From contig NC_086097.1 of NCBI RefSeq assembly GCF_963921235.1, positions 173,912,001-173,976,000 on the forward strand: DNA of 64,000 bases, in the 5' to 3' direction. The translations under genes and the position numbers were made by a program. Of this stretch, positions 1 to 14,515 are shown one piece after another. Origin of the DNA: Mobula hypostoma (lineage: Eukaryota). Under the pieces are notes generated by a model that was not told the DNA's origin, searched no databases, and worked only from the letters and a program-made list of their open reading frames with translations. Each line of letters begins with the position of its first letter. The stretch's first letter is position 1.

Positions 1-560
1 AAATAGTATTTTCCCTTGTAGGTTCACTAATATGCTGTTCAAGAAAGCCATCACGGATGCATTCTATGAAGTCCTCCCCAAGACTTCCTTGAGCAAAATG
101 ATTCACTCAATCTGTGTGGAAGTTAAAATCCCTCATGACAACTGCCGTTCTGTTCTTACAAGCCTCAGTTATTTTTTGGTTAATCGCCTCTGCCACTGCA
201 ATATTTTTATTAGGTGGCCTATAGACAACACCCACCAGTGATTTTTTCCCTCTTTTACTATTCTTAATCTCTACCAAGATGGACTCAACATTCTGCTCCG
301 TATATCGTCTCTCACAATCGCCCTGATCTCATCCCTAATCAAGAGCACCACCCCACCTACTCTGCCTTCCTGCCTATCTTTCCATATTACCTGATACCCT
401 TGGCTACTTAATTCCCAGTCACCTCTACCTTGCAACCAGGTTTCTGTAATGGCCACTAAATCATATGCTTTGGTACTGATCTGCGCCACAAGTTCACTAA
501 CCTTGTTTCTAATACTACGGGCATTTAGATCAAGTGCCCTTATACTCATTGTCCTTTTGG
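1..560 (-). mobile_element. CR1 LINE fragment, ORF2 AP-endonuclease N-terminus
   Basis: LNARSIRNKVSEL...YDLVAITETWLQ...DRQEGRVGGVVLLI; downstream MGDFN and DSFLEQHI-like motifs on the minus strand. Confidence 0.85.
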
Positions 561-588
561 AATCTTGTGACCTATTGTGATGTTAACC

Positions 589-1575
589 ATTTTTACTGAT
601 GGACCAGAAGATAATTTAATGAGGAATGTCAGTGTGGCTGTTTTTGTACCTGAATTACAGGCAGCAATAAAGAAACTTCTTACTAACTATTTATCAGTGT
701 AAACTGCAGAACTGGTTACCATCATTTGGGCTTACAGTGGGTGGAGGAAATCTGTCCTTGCAAAATTATTTGTTCAGATTCCTTTTCAGCTTTGACTAGC
801 CTTAAAACAGGTCATTCTAGCAGTAGGTCAGATTTACATCTGGAAGCTCTTCAAACTTTATTTCACGTTCAAATTATTGGTCTACAAGCCTTCTTCTTAT
901 GGGTCCCTGCACATAGAGGTGTTAAGGGGGATGAGCGGGTTGATTGTCTGGCAAAAAAAAGCAGTTAAAAGTTTATCTGTGGGTATAGCCTTTAGCAAGT
1001 CAGATGCTAAGGGATTGATGGGGTTAAGAATTAGGGGATTATGGCAAGATTTGGGGGAAAATGGGCATGAGGGGAGACACATTTACAGAATACATAAAAC
1101 TGCAGAATTGATGGGAGAAGGGGGCAAGACAAGAAGGGAAGGAATTATATTGACTAGACTTAGAATTGGGCATACAATGCTTAATTATTCCTTGTATCTT
1201 GATGGAAAATATCACTCTGGGGTTTGTTGGTTTTGTCATCATTATGGAACAGTTTAACACATTATTTTACAATGTAAAGCATATAAAGGTGAAAGAAAGC
1301 AAATGCAGGTTGCACTAATAGCTTTGAGGAGTTGACAGTTTTCATTTAAAAACTTTAAGTTATGGAAGTGACTTTAATTCACAATATTGTTTTTCATTAT
1401 TTAAAATCTATAGGCTTTTTGGGGTAATTTAGTTTTCATTTGATAAGGAACTAGTTGAGGTTTTATTTCCCAACTCTCGACACCACACTCCAGTTCAGAC
1501 AGTGGTAGTAATGCACCTTTAAATTGGACTGCCAACTGCCATTAAAAGTCAAAAGAAAAAGAACAATGAAGAGGG
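589..1575 (+). mobile_element. 5'-truncated RNase H-bearing non-LTR retrotransposon (I group, Nimb-like), decayed
   Basis: RNase H motifs FTDG, TAEL, ICSDSFSAL, WVPAHRGVKGDERVDCLAK, then TRLRIGHT and a CxxC...H...C knuckle. 3' end ccacactccag...gtaatgcacc...gccaactgccattaaaa followed by a GAA-rich tail. Stops and frameshifts present. Confidence 0.8.
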
Positions 1576-4344
1576 AGAGAGGGTGTGGCAAGATACGGTG
1601 TTAATACTTCAGACTGATGTTTTGGAGCTGCAGTCCTAAAGGTCTGATGGCATATTTCTGCATTTTCTCTTTTTGTCATTTATGTTATTTTGCCATTTTT
1701 TGCACCGTAAATATTTTTGCAATGTAAATATTTTTGCAAATTTTCTAAGAAAGTTTTGCACCTCTGGCACAGTATAAATGCCTCTCTACTGAATTGTGCT
1801 ATTGCAGCTGGCCGTCCGATTTTTTTTGAAGTCCACACCTTCATAACGGCACATGACCCTCACCAAAACCCACGGTGTGACACTATTATACTTCATTCCA
1901 GTTTTACACACCAGTGACTGACTAAATACAAAGATCGGGAATTCTTTCTGAACCTTCATCAACCTCTCATCTCCACTTAATACAAATATTTCAACATAAT
2001 TAATAAAGTCACCTGGAATTTCAGCCCAAAGATCATCTATTACGTTAATGAGCATACACAATAACAAAACTTTTATAGCTATCAGTGGCTCAGTTGACAT
2101 TCATAAACCACTTCAATCACAATTTTAAAGGTGTAGCCAGATTTGCTGCTAATATAAACATAGCAACTTCTCAGGACACTAAGAAGCTGCAAAGGGATGT
2201 TAAGTGTGTAGGCAACAAGATGTTGGCAGATAGAGCATATTACAGGAAAAGGGGGATTATTGACTTCAAAGGAAAAACAAAAAAAAAACAAATCAAATGA
2301 AGGGATGCCATAAAATATTGTGGTACAAAAGTTCCTGGGATATGAAGTACAAGTATTTAGAAATACTAATGCAATATTGGCTTTAATTTCAGAGCATTCT
2401 GAATCATTGCACCTTTGTCTGATCTGCAGCCTCCAATGCACAGGACTGAAAAAGGCTGCAGAGGGTTATAGATTAGATTAAGTCAGCTCAATCATGGACA
2501 CAAGTCTCTCCAGCATTGAGGACATCTTCAAAAGATAGAATATCATTAAGGACCCTCACCATCCGCAGATATGGCCTCTTCCCATTGCTACCATAGGGGA
2601 GGAGGTACAGGGCCCTGAATGTTTTAGGAACAGCTTCTCCCTTTCTGCCATCAGATTTCAGAATAGTCACAGCACAACACAGAGAAGATTGACTGAGTTA
2701 GTTCCTGAGATGGAGTTGACATGTCTTACAGAAACATGTGAAGTTTTCAGCAGATGTTGGGAGGATGTTACCCCCGTGGAGGTTCATACAGCTAATGGGA
2801 ATAGTTTCAACATGAAGGTTCACCCATTTCACAAATCTTTGAAATTCTTTATACCAGAGAGCTGAAAAAGCAGTTTTTAACAAACACTTAAACAACAAAG
2901 GAATCAAATAGTGGGGAGAAAGTCGGGCTGAGAACCTAAGGTTGAATCAGCCATGATCTTTGCAATCGAGAGAGCAGGCTTGAGTGACCAACTGGCGTAC
3001 TCCTGCTTAAGTTCTCAATAACTTGAAAATATGTGAAATCATAATTGAAAAAATCTTTCCCCCCAGAGAGATATATAAGCATATACTTAAATCACCAAAA
3101 CGTTTTCAATGAATAAAAAAACAATTCAAAGTTTTAGCTGGAGGAACAAGTCATGTCTGGCTTGTTATTTAGATCCTTTTTTGACACAAGTATACCTCAA
3201 TGAACACTAAAAAAATAGAAATAGTAACTATTCTTGACTTTGGACCGGTGCAAATAGTGGTCCTGTTAAATGAAAAGTTAAAAAATACTCCATTCACACT
3301 CAAATTAGGCTACAAGTTTGCTCACAAAACAAACTTCAAAATTTCAAACAAATCAGTTACATCCCCTCCATCAGACTTAATTGAAGCTTCCCCATGAAGC
3401 AACATGCTCTGTCCAACTCTTATAACAGCAAACATCCCCCAACATAAGCAAACTCTGAGCAAATGACTGCTCATCTTTGGAGTCTGGGCCAGAGTTCTTA
3501 AATACTGAGATAGACATCAGGTTACATTAACTGGAAAGAATAGTTTCCTCAATCAAGAACAAAACACAATCTGTCAGTGAATGTCACCAAACAAGGAAAA
3601 GCTAAATAAACCATAGAAGTCAACCCCCTGCAGATTACATCTGTGTTTAAAGAAAAAAACTATAGAAAGGCAATGAAGTAACAACTGCAATCTGAAGTAA
3701 TTACAAACATACACCAGTGATGTGAAATTATGCACCACAGGTCTTAAACACAATAGCTACTGACTTAGTTGAGACAATGCAATTCAGAGCAGAGAAGATC
3801 TGGTCTGCAACACTCTATGAAGGAATCACAACTTAAATGAAAGAAAACCAAAACAAATTATTCCCTGCTTTTTAAAACAAAATTGCACCTAATATTCAGT
3901 TGTAGAATCTGAAAAAAAATCCACTAACAATACTTGAGGCATAAGCAAACTTCAAGCACAAAGAGGCAAGTTTTAAAGAATGTTTTAAAAATAATAATAG
4001 GTAACTCCAGAGCTTTGGACTTGGCAGTCAAAAGTAAAGTCTTTTAACCACGACATTTTTGGTCAACTTGAGTCTAACTACATTTTTCAATTTTCTTAAT
4101 GTATTTGAATTCATCAAACAAACAAAGCCAGCCTTCAGAAAATAGACAAACAGGAAAAGGGAAGGGACACTATAGGAAAGATGGCATTGAAAATGTTTCT
4201 CAAATTAAAATTTTATCATAATATTATCATGCTCCCTCATTACAGTTACCGAAGAATGATTCAGTGCAGAAGATTCAGCACATTATGCCAATACTGCCAC
4301 TTAGAAAGAAATATCCACTTTGCTTCACTCTCAAAGGACATTAA

Positions 4345-4950
4345 GAATGGGAGTTGTGAGATAATGTTGCAGTTGGAATATTATATTCCAGTTGTACAAG
4401 ACAATGAAGCCACACTTAAGAGCTCTGTGTACAGTTTCAGCACTCTGTTATAGGAAAGATATGGTTCAACTGGAAAAAGTACAGAAAAGATTTATGAGGA
4501 TGTTGCCAGGACTACAGGACCTATTTTATAAAAAGAGGTCTTTATTCCTTGGAACGTAGGAAAATGAGGGACAACATCAGAGAAGTGTTTAAAATTATGG
4601 GAAACACAGATAACGTGAATGACAACAATTCTTTTTTTTCTCTCCCCAGGATAGGGGGAGTCTAAAACTACAGGCATAGATTTAGGGTGGAAGGGGAGAG
4701 ATTTAGAAGGAACCATAGGGGCAATTTTCTTCTTGCAGAGGGTGATGAATTAATACAATGAGCTGCCAGAGGTGGTGGTTCAGGCAAGTACAGAAGTATC
4801 GTTTATGAAGCACTTGGAGAGATACATGGAAGGAAGGGGCCTGGATGGATATGAGCTGAACGTAGGAAATTGGGATTGTCTAGGTGGACAAGATGATCAG
4901 CATGGACTTTTTGGGCCAAAGAGCCTGTATCCTTGCTGTACTGGTCTATA
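4345..4950 (+). mobile_element. CR1 LINE 3' fragment
   Basis: Degenerate CR1 ORF2 C-terminal and 3'UTR sequence (gagctgccagaggtggtgg; gggccaaagagcctgtat), similar to other CR1 ends in the window. Confidence 0.7.
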
Positions 4951-5536
4951 AAAGACCACATGCTCTTTTCCTATCAGCCTTAAAAATTCATCCTTCTTAC
5001 TGAAAGATATCTCTGTATTTGCTTTCACTTCACTTTTGAGCAATGCACAAATACAAGCCAAATAATTTCTTTCCTTCATTTCACCTTGTATTATTCTGTC
5101 ATATATACAGTATGTCCCCCGATTATTGAACTATACAAATGTAAGAGACAATTATTTGTTCCATATAAACTATAGGTATTAATGAGTTTGAACCCAATCA
5201 AATCTTCTCCAACTCATAAACAATCATGTTTCTAATCTCTCCATTTAACTAAAATACCTCATTTTTGTTGTTTTCTTTCAAAGGCAGTGAAATCTTCCAA
5301 TTACCTATCCATTAGTTAATAGTATCTTATAATGCTTACATGTAACATCTTTGTTTTTGTAATCCATGCCTTTATTTTATAAAATCCACAATTTTATAAT
5401 TTTTAATAGTCTTTATCTATTTGACTTTATTCTTTTAACTTTTCAGGAGATACACACCTTCTACCCCAGCTGCTCCAATTCCATTCCCACCAGTTTACCT
5501 CCAGTTCCTACATCATCTTAAAAACTCTATATTCAC

Positions 5537-6680
5537 AAACATGAGAAAATCTGCAGATGCTGGAAATCCAAAGCAACACACACAAAATGCTGGAGGAACT
5601 CAGCAGGCCAGGCAGCATCGATGGAGGAGAGTAAACAGCCGACGTTTTAGACCGAGACCCTTTTTCAGGACTGAGAAGGAAGGGGATAAGTCAGAGTAAG
5701 AAGGTGGGGAGAGGGAAGGAAGAAGTACAATATGGCAGTTGATAGGTGAAACCAGGAGAGCGGGAGGGGCGAAGTAAAGAGCTGAAAGTTGATTAGTGAA
5801 AGAGATAAAGGACAGGAGAAGGGGGAATCTGACAGGAGAGTATAGAAGACCATGGAAGAAAGGTAAGTGGGAGGAGCACCAGAGGGAGGTGATCAACAAG
5901 TAAGAAAATAAGGTGAGACAAGGAAACAGGAATGGAGAATGGCGAAGAAGAGAGTGGGGGAGGCAATTACCAGAAGGTCGAGAAATTGCGGCTACCCAAA
6001 TGGAATATAAGGTGTGGGAATGGGAAGTGGAATTGAAATGGGTGGCTACAGGGAGAACACATTTTTTTCTGATGGACAGGGCATAGGTGCATCCCTTTTA
6101 ATTCCACTTTCCATTCTCATTCCAACATGTCAGTCCATGGCCTGCTCAACTGCTGCAATGAGGCCACACTCAGGCTGGAGGAGCAACACTTTATATTCCG
6201 TCTGGGTAGTCTCCAAACTGATGGCATGAACATTGATTTCCTGAACTTTCGGTAATTGCCCTCCCCCCTTCCCTCACCATTCCTCATTCCTGTTTCCCTC
6301 TCTCACCTTATCTCCTACCTGCCCATCACCTCCCTCTAGTGCTCCTCCCCTTCCTTTTCTTCCCTGGTCCTCTATCCTCTCCTATCAGATTCCCCCTTCT
6401 ACAGTCCTTTTAACTCTTTCACCTATCAACTTCCCAGCTTTTTACTTCAACCCCCTCCCCCTCTCCTAATTTCAATGATCACCCACCACCTTGTACTTCT
6501 TCCTCACCTCCCCCCACCTTCTTACCCTGACTTCTCCCCTTCCTTTCCAACACTGTTACATTGTTTGTTAGGAAAAGGAATTAACTTCTTTACTTGGATG
6601 CTGTCTGGCCTAGTGACCATTTCTAGTATTTAATATTTTATTCCAGAGTTTTAGCACCAGCAGTTTTATTTCATTTGCAC
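5537..6680. mobile_element. Penelope-like element remnant with inverted terminal portions and GIY-YIG C-terminal fragment
   Basis: Left arm is the reverse complement of the right arm (purine-rich then pyrimidine-rich). ~6095-6240 encodes FNSTFHSHSNMSVHGL...RLEEQHFIFRLGSLQTDGMNIDF, typical of a PLE GIY-YIG end. Confidence 0.75.
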
Positions 6681-6788
6681 TATTTTGAAATTGTAACAAA
6701 CAGAGTAAACAGTAGATGTAGTTTATAATAATTCCCTAAAGGCTTTCAATAAGGTGCCACATACAAGGTTACTGCTCTTGGTCTTGGT

Positions 6789-7381
6789 CAGTGTTCCCCA
6801 ACCACCGGGCCACGGACCAGTACTGAGCCGCAAAGCATGTGCTACCGGGCCATGAGGAAACAATATGATTTGGCGATATGAAACGATGAGTCAGCTGCAT
6901 CTTTCCTCATTCCCTGTCACGTACTGCTGAACTTGAAATAACCTACCAAATCATACCAAATAACACATAGAACCTAAACTAACACTAACATATAGTAAAA
7001 GCAGGAATGATATGATAAATACACAGCCTATATAAAGTAGAAATAATGTATGTACAGCGTAGTTTCACTTAACAGAATCAGGAAGATTCAGCCAAAACCG
7101 ATCTATAGGAAAAAAAATGGCACATACACGCATGCGCACATCATGTATGTGCACATCACACATACGCACACAGGTGGCCGCGCAAGGCTTCATGGTCATG
7201 GCGGTCTTTCTCGGGGTAAATACAAGTGTCCCGTATTTGACTGCTACTTTTGTCCCTTACTTGGGAGTGAGGAAGTTGGCAACCCTACTTGAACACCGCC
7301 CCCCACCCCCCCACCACCGGTCAGCAAGAACCTTGTCAATATTAAACCAGTCCGGGGTGCGAAAAAGGTTGGGGACCCCTG
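6789..7381. mobile_element. Non-autonomous hAT (Charlie/MER1-like) element
   Basis: TIRs cagtgttccccaacc / ggttggggacccctg. Perfect 8-bp TSD GTCTTGGT at 6781-6788 and 7382-7389. Inserted into an old CR1 fragment. Confidence 0.9.
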
Positions 7382-7419
7382 GTCTTGGTAGTACCACATT
7401 AACATGGACAACAAACTGG

Positions 7420-7572
7420 ATCTCCCCCTCCCCCTCCCACTTTCAAATCTCTTACTATCTCTTCTTTCAGTTTGTCCTGACGAAGGGTCTCAGCCCGAAA
7501 CATCGACTGTACCTCTTCCTATAGATGCTGCCTGGCCTGCTGCGTTCACCAGCATTTTCTGTGTGTGTTGGT
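7420..7572 (+). mobile_element. Penelope-derived terminal repeat with hammerhead-like core
   Basis: gtc-CTGACGA-agggtctcagccc-GAAAC-atc-gactg followed by the family tail tagatgctgcctggcctgctg. Confidence 0.75.
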
Positions 7573-10500
7573 TGTGAAAAGAAATTAGTTCAGATTGACA
7601 AGTTGAAACTAGTGGGGTATTACAGGAATCTATGTTGGTGCCACTATTTCCATTAATTTCTTGGATAAAGGGACCCAGAGTATCACAGCCAAATTTGCAG
7701 AAGATACATACAGTATATAGCTAAGAAAACAGGTTGTGAGGGGGAACTCCATGGAAAAAAAACAGGTATATGTCATTAATGTGATTGGTATATGGAAATA
7801 ATGCAGCCTATTCATTTTTGATAGGAACAACATAAATGTAAAATAATGCTTAAATGGCAAGAGAAAGCAGAATGCTCCTGTTCAGAGGGATATGTCTATC
7901 CAATATGTTCTAAATGTAAACGAACACAAAGTTGGCATATTGCAAATAATTACAAAAACAGATGGAATATTGACCCTTATCACAAAACATATCAAGGTGT
8001 AGAAAAAATATGCTTTTTCTTTTCATAGTCAAATTTGTTAAAACTGTAAAAGTATTTTTCTCTCAAATAAGAAGCAGTTTTAATATGAAAACCATGATCT
8101 TTTAAACTAAGATCACTAGGCACCACAATGGCAAATCTTCTTAGTCATATCAGTGCCATTCTATTAGCAATTTCACAATTGGGAGAGCCATTGTACCAAA
8201 TTAAAAAATTCAAAACAATTAAGATTTTGCAATCAAATTCATGCAAAAACCAATTTCAGTCACGTTACATTGGATATATTACTAATTGCAATAGAGTCTA
8301 TGGAGATTGGAAATCCTTTCAAAATGCATTGAAAAGTAGCATGGACTTAACTTTGTGAGTCAATAACTCTAACCAGACAAAAGATAATGCCTCCCCAAAA
8401 TGTAATTGTAAAACAAGCTAGGTAAGTCTAAATTTGGAAATTAAGATGTATTTATTTTCATTCACTTCCTTTGCAATGGCCATGGAGAATAGCCAATGGT
8501 GGTGCGAATTAATTATTTTTCCTTTTGTTCGCATTTGACTAGCAGAGTTGCATTGAAAACAACAGCCAATGCCATTCTCAGAAGTAATTTTCAAAAATGA
8601 AGCTTTATTTGATAACTACTAAATTAATGGCAAGGAGTACAATGGAGGTAAAAAATATTTTTCATGAAACTTTAAGTTTCTTTGTAATCTCAGTAGCTGA
8701 AAACTGGCTAAAGTGTGAAAAATAAAACTCAGCTGCCTCCACTGTCCTTCATTTAATTTAAATTTCCCTTTTTTAATTGCTAATCTCTATGTTAGAATAA
8801 TTATTGAGTAGTCAATATTGACAAATGTATTAAAACCCATACAGTCAAACCTCAGTTCCAAATGATGTCCTCAGCAATAAGAAATATATACAGTAATTAC
8901 CATAACAGCTCCAAATAAACATTCAAATCCAAAACAAACTCATTCAACAATTTTCAAAATATGTCACATTATCCCAACTGGAAAATCACTATTTTTGTGT
9001 ATTTCTGGTTCTGACAAATCCAATAACTAATCCTTTCCTCAGTATAATGCATCACCCTACCATCTGATTTACTCCTTCATGTAGACAATATTTATTGTAC
9101 ACAAGGTGCTTCCACATGATTTATTTTATCAGAAAGTCAATTATTCATTCAATGTACTAACTAATTGAATTAAAAAATAAGATTGGGGAAGAGGCTCTAT
9201 CCCTCAGCCTAGGCAATCTTACTATGTGTCAAACTTCTAAAATTTTGCTTTCAATGTAGAAATAAAATCACTTTCTTCACATAATTTCTCAAAAAAAAAT
9301 TTCAGTAAGTTGAATGATTCAATCTCAATTAGTTAAAGTGGTTTAAGTGTAGTCAACAAAGAAAGCCACATAATAATTTAAGAACCAGGAAAAGAAATGG
9401 AAATAGGTGGGTTTAAGAAAGAGGATTGGAAAGAGGCGCAAGTGAGGGTAGGATAAGAAAAGAAAGCAATCATAGAAGGCCGTTTAAAAAAAATCAGTGA
9501 TAAATTGCAAAAAACTCAATTCCCCAATTCTGGCAATTTGCTCAAAGAAACCTTGAAAGCAACAAACACAATATAGAAGCTCTTACAGTTAGGCCTATGA
9601 AACAAAAACTAAGAGCGGGGGGAGACAAAATTGGCAAGGCTGATTTTGAGGGCACAAAGTAATAACAAATGTAGCTTTATAAAAAAAATTGTTGAAGATT
9701 TATAAAAATGAGTGCATGATAGAATAAAAAGTAAACATCTCTTTTGAGGAAATAGCTCATAAAACTATCAAAAATATGATCAGTGAAATCATGAAAGAGG
9801 TCAAAAAGAAGGAAATACCAAGAGATTATTCAGCATCTCTAGCTACCCTGAACTTTTATACTGTGAAGTGTCAAAAGAACCTTGGGTGGCACAGCAGCAG
9901 AACAGGTGACACTGCTGGCCACTGCTCCATTGGACTTGTCTTGATCCTAACCTCAGCAGCTGTCTGAGTGGAGTCAGCAAGTTGTCCCTATGATCGCCTA
10001 GATTTCTCAGATCAAAAAAAGGTTAATCACTGTTGTAATTTATTCCATGTGACTCAATAGAAGGAAAACCAGGAGGACATACGTTATAGAGATATTGGTA
10101 GCAGGAACGGGATTGTTCCAGGAGCTTGCATAAATTTATTGGGTTTAGTGGCCTCCTATGCTGTAAGGAATAATGAAAATATGAACAACTAATGATCATA
10201 GTTCAAATACTCAAGGTAAAGGATGGCTGTCCATTAGAGGCAGTCAAGGAATGCAAGGCCAAAATCAGATCCAATTGAATGATTAGAAGGTAAAAATGAT
10301 GCCTGCTATGGATCTCCTGAGACTTCAATCAGTTATTGGGGCCAGTAGGCTTGGCAGCTGGGGTTGACATGATCGTCAGTACAAGTACACCACAGAAGCT
10401 GTAGGGTCTGCAGATCAGTGGATGGGAAGAGCAAATGCCAGGGGATCTTGCTCTGGGAATTGCCAGTCAAAATTGTGTTTATTGTCCTATGCATAAGTGC

Positions 10501-10641
10501 AAGTACATATGGGTTGTGAAAAGAGTCCAAAAGAGAACCAAGCAAGTAAAGAGAATCTAGCTGTTTGGTATGAGAGGATTACTAAAGAAAGTGGCATTTA
10601 GATATGTTTTGCATTATAAATGCCACTGTTCGCACCCAAGT

Positions 10642-11060
10642 TAGTCATAGTCATAGTCATACTTTATTGATCCCGGGGAAATTGGTTTTCGTTACAGTTG
10701 CACCATAAATAATAAATAGTAATAGAACCATAAATAGTTAAATAGTAATATGTAATTTATGCCAGTTTCATAAGTCCAGGACCAGCCTATTGGCTCAGGG
10801 TGTCTGACCCTCCAAGGGAGGAGTTGTAAAGTTTGATGGCCACAGGCAGGAATGACTTCCTATGACGCTCTGTGCTGCATCTCGGTGGAATGAGTCTCTG
10901 GCTGAATGTACTCCTGTGCCCACCCAGTACATTATGTAGTGGATGGGAGACATTGACCAAGATGGCATGCAACTTGGACAGCATCCTCTTTTCAGACACC
11001 ACCATGAGAGAGTCCAGTTCCATCCCCACAACATCACTGGCCTTACGAATGAGTTCTATC
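10642..11060 (-). mobile_element. Rex1/Babar-type LINE 3' end
   Basis: HPLHNVL...STFSQRLIPPRCSTERHRKSFLPVAIKLYNS; (ATAGTC)n tandem tail at 10642-10660. Confidence 0.8.
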
Positions 11061-14000
11061 CCTGCTTGAGAGATACAGAGCAAAAATTATAGACTAATCA
11101 GAAGTCCCCAGTTTGCTACCATATTTCATTCTAGTGCACAAAAATATCAGTGGGTAGCACATGTCCAAAAAGCACGTCAGAGCAGGGAGATGAACATAAA
11201 AGGACAACAAAAAAACAGAGCAGAGAAACAAAAATATAAAAGCAAATAAAAGGTGGGAAACAATATAAAATGCAATGTGAAGGGCTTCTCTAAAGTATAT
11301 ACTTGTTTGAAAAAGAAATCAGAGAAAAACCAGGGTTTGTTAAAAATCTTAGTGATAGCTGATATCCCAAACTATTTCCCCCTCAGTGTTCAGGACACAC
11401 AAATATACAATATATCCGATACAGATTTACATTTTTCAGGAAGAGTAGGAAAATAATTTTGACATGCTAGAAGAAAAATCTAAATCAAAAATTTGAAAGG
11501 TGAATGGTGTTTTTTTAAATAAAGAATTAGATTCAGCTCTCGGCAAAAAAGGGACACAAAAACCTAATCCCAATTTGCATTTGTAATTAAATACCTTGTG
11601 AGGGAATAAATCATTTTATTTAAAATTTATTTGCAATAAAATGTAGTTCACATTCTTTGTGTCATACTTTCCAAAATCATTTTGAAACTATTTATTTCTT
11701 GCCAGTAACATCACTCAGACATAATACCTGAAAGTTAAGATGGCTTCCACTCTTAAGGATGAAGTAGTTTACACATTTTGAGTATCGTGAATAAAGGCAA
11801 AGATATAAAAAACTGAATTGCAAGTAGGTAGATAGAAATTGTACTATGACAGATAGAATGTAAATAAAGGGGAAGGGAGAAATCTAAATATAATGCCAAT
11901 TTCAAAAATTGATAATCTGGTCTGCAGAATGGATACTTATTGTAGCCATAAACTACTTCGCTGGTGCTTTTGGTTACCTTCACACGTGCATCATAACCCT
12001 TATATCAATTTTGTTTTCTTACTATGCAATTTCCTCACTACACATCAGAAGTGCTGTAGTGTCACTTTTTAAAAGCTCAATGAACTCAAAAGCTCAAAAG
12101 CTCTTAAAAGAAAAGCCTCCTGCTGGCCCTCTACACTGTGACAGCAGATTTTCTGTTATTCATTTATCAACTTTGTATTATTCCAGCTGTGTTAAGAAAG
12201 TTGAACTATGCAGAATGGATACAGAATAGATTTGCAAAAACTTTTTAAAGAAATCTTACTGAGTTTAGCAGAGGAAGGCATGACTTCAGTTCCTGCCTAT
12301 TTTGAAATGTTTTCCGGTTTAGTTCTAAAGAAACTATAATCCTTTAGATGTCTTCATCAGGAAAGCAAAACCCCAGGCACAGCATGTGCAACATCTTGGC
12401 ATCAGTCACAGGTACTCATTAATACGCAAAATATGTGTGCCTGGAAACAACTGAAGACAACAATGCAACAATTCTACTCTACTACATTTTGAAAAGCTGT
12501 GAAATTAGTGGTATGAGTTTCTCAATGTGCATTTTAAACACTTGTATAAAGTCTCAAGAAGAAAATTCCACTTCACAGGAAATTAAAATAAAATTCCTTC
12601 TATTTGAATTTGAGGTAGCAATGCGATAAAAATACAAGTAAAATTTATGGAAAACTTGCACACAGATCTCTGTACTTATTAGTATTAAATGCATTTGTAT
12701 GAACAACACTTTGTTGGAAAAAAATGTCAAATACATCAGTGCATACACCACATTAAGCCATGAAAAATATGCCGCTAAAAATATAGTTTCTAATATCAGA
12801 GTGCCTTTTTCATAAAAAGCTTTGTGTCATTACAGTTGCTAACAATAAGCATTGTTGGATAGGTTTCTATTTTGGGTACCACCAGAACAGTAACAATTTA
12901 AGATGTTTTACCCTCTAAGTTTCACATATAACTGGGTACAATAATTGCCATAAACTGATCCAATTGTTAATTTAAAATGTAACATAAAAATTACACAAAT
13001 ATACACAATAATTGAAATCTGAAATTTACCGCTTCTTCAGGTGATAAAAACTGAATTAAGAAGTACCTTCAAAAGGGGATTAGAAGGGCAATTGAGAATT
13101 AACAATTTTCAGGGAAGAAGAATAGAAAATTGGACATGCACCATTGCTCTTTCAGAAACCGGCATAGATGACAGTCCAGAAGGATTCTTTTTGTGCTATA
13201 ATGACTCTATCAAAACATGGGTCAGACACTTTTTAAGAAAATTTTAAGAATTAGATTCAAAGATTCTTATTATGTAAATCAGATTCCTTACACCTAACTT
13301 AATATTTCTGGCCTCCTCAGCATCCTGCAAATGAGCATGAGTGGAAACTCACAATCATGATTAAGTCACTCTGAGAGCATGGACATTTGTAACACAGACA
13401 CAAAGGATAATTGTTTTTAAAACTCATGCAAGTCAGAGAAATATAATTTACATGGAAAATAATATGTACAGTACAATGGCCAAATTTCCCAATGTCAGGA
13501 ACCAACTTCTCCAACAATATTATACTAAAAGAGTAAGAGAACTCCTTGGAAAACTCCAGAGAATTCTAGATACCCTCACGTAAATTCCTCCTGACACATA
13601 TTCGTGGCACAGCCCAACATATATCACCTCATTTGAGCACTTGGCTATTCATCAGAAGATTATCATGATTTTTCATGAACATCAACATCCTTAGCATCAC
13701 TGATTCTTGAGAATTTGAATAAAACAGGTTTTAATTTTGAAGAGAAAAAATTTTAAATGTTAATTCATCTAAACTTATATTTTATAGAACAAGGTCTCAG
13801 CAATCAAGCAATATTTCGGTGCAACCTCCTGATTTTGTAATTTTTTCATAAGATATGTGTTTTTCCTGTCATTAAGTTTTTGGCAACACAGTCAGACACA
13901 ATAAAAAGCTAATTATTCCTATTCATTCAGTCTTATATAGATTTAGAGCTTTTAAATCATTGTGTCTACACCATAGGTACACATATATGCTGTTAAATGT

Positions 14001-14515
14001 TGAATATTCACTTTTGCTCATTTTTTAAACTATTTCACGTGTACTTTAAAAACTCTTACATCATGCAACTTTTATCATTAGCATTAAATATACAAAGTAA
14101 CAATTTTGGACATAAAAACATATTTTTAATTTTAATGAGACAATTGCTTTAATAAATCAACTATTTTGGAGGAACAGATTGTAAGCATATTAATTTAAAA
14201 CAAAGGAAGTTCCATCTGACGGTGGTGACTGAGACCTGACGGTGGTGGCAGTGGCCTAATTACAACAAACAATTCCAACCTTTTCACCACTCAAGTCGAT
14301 GCTTCCTTGCTTAACAACTTTACTTAACAATTTGGTACAACAGATAACAATTTGTCATGTACATTTTATCCTTCTGTAAATATTACCAACAACTGTAAAC
14401 AGCAAAATAAAAACTACCGTACAACTGCAATTTTTAAGCATACACATCAGAAAACAAACCAGGAACTAAAAAAAAAATTCTACCCATTTCTGGGCTTGAA
14501 AATTTTCAAAAACGT

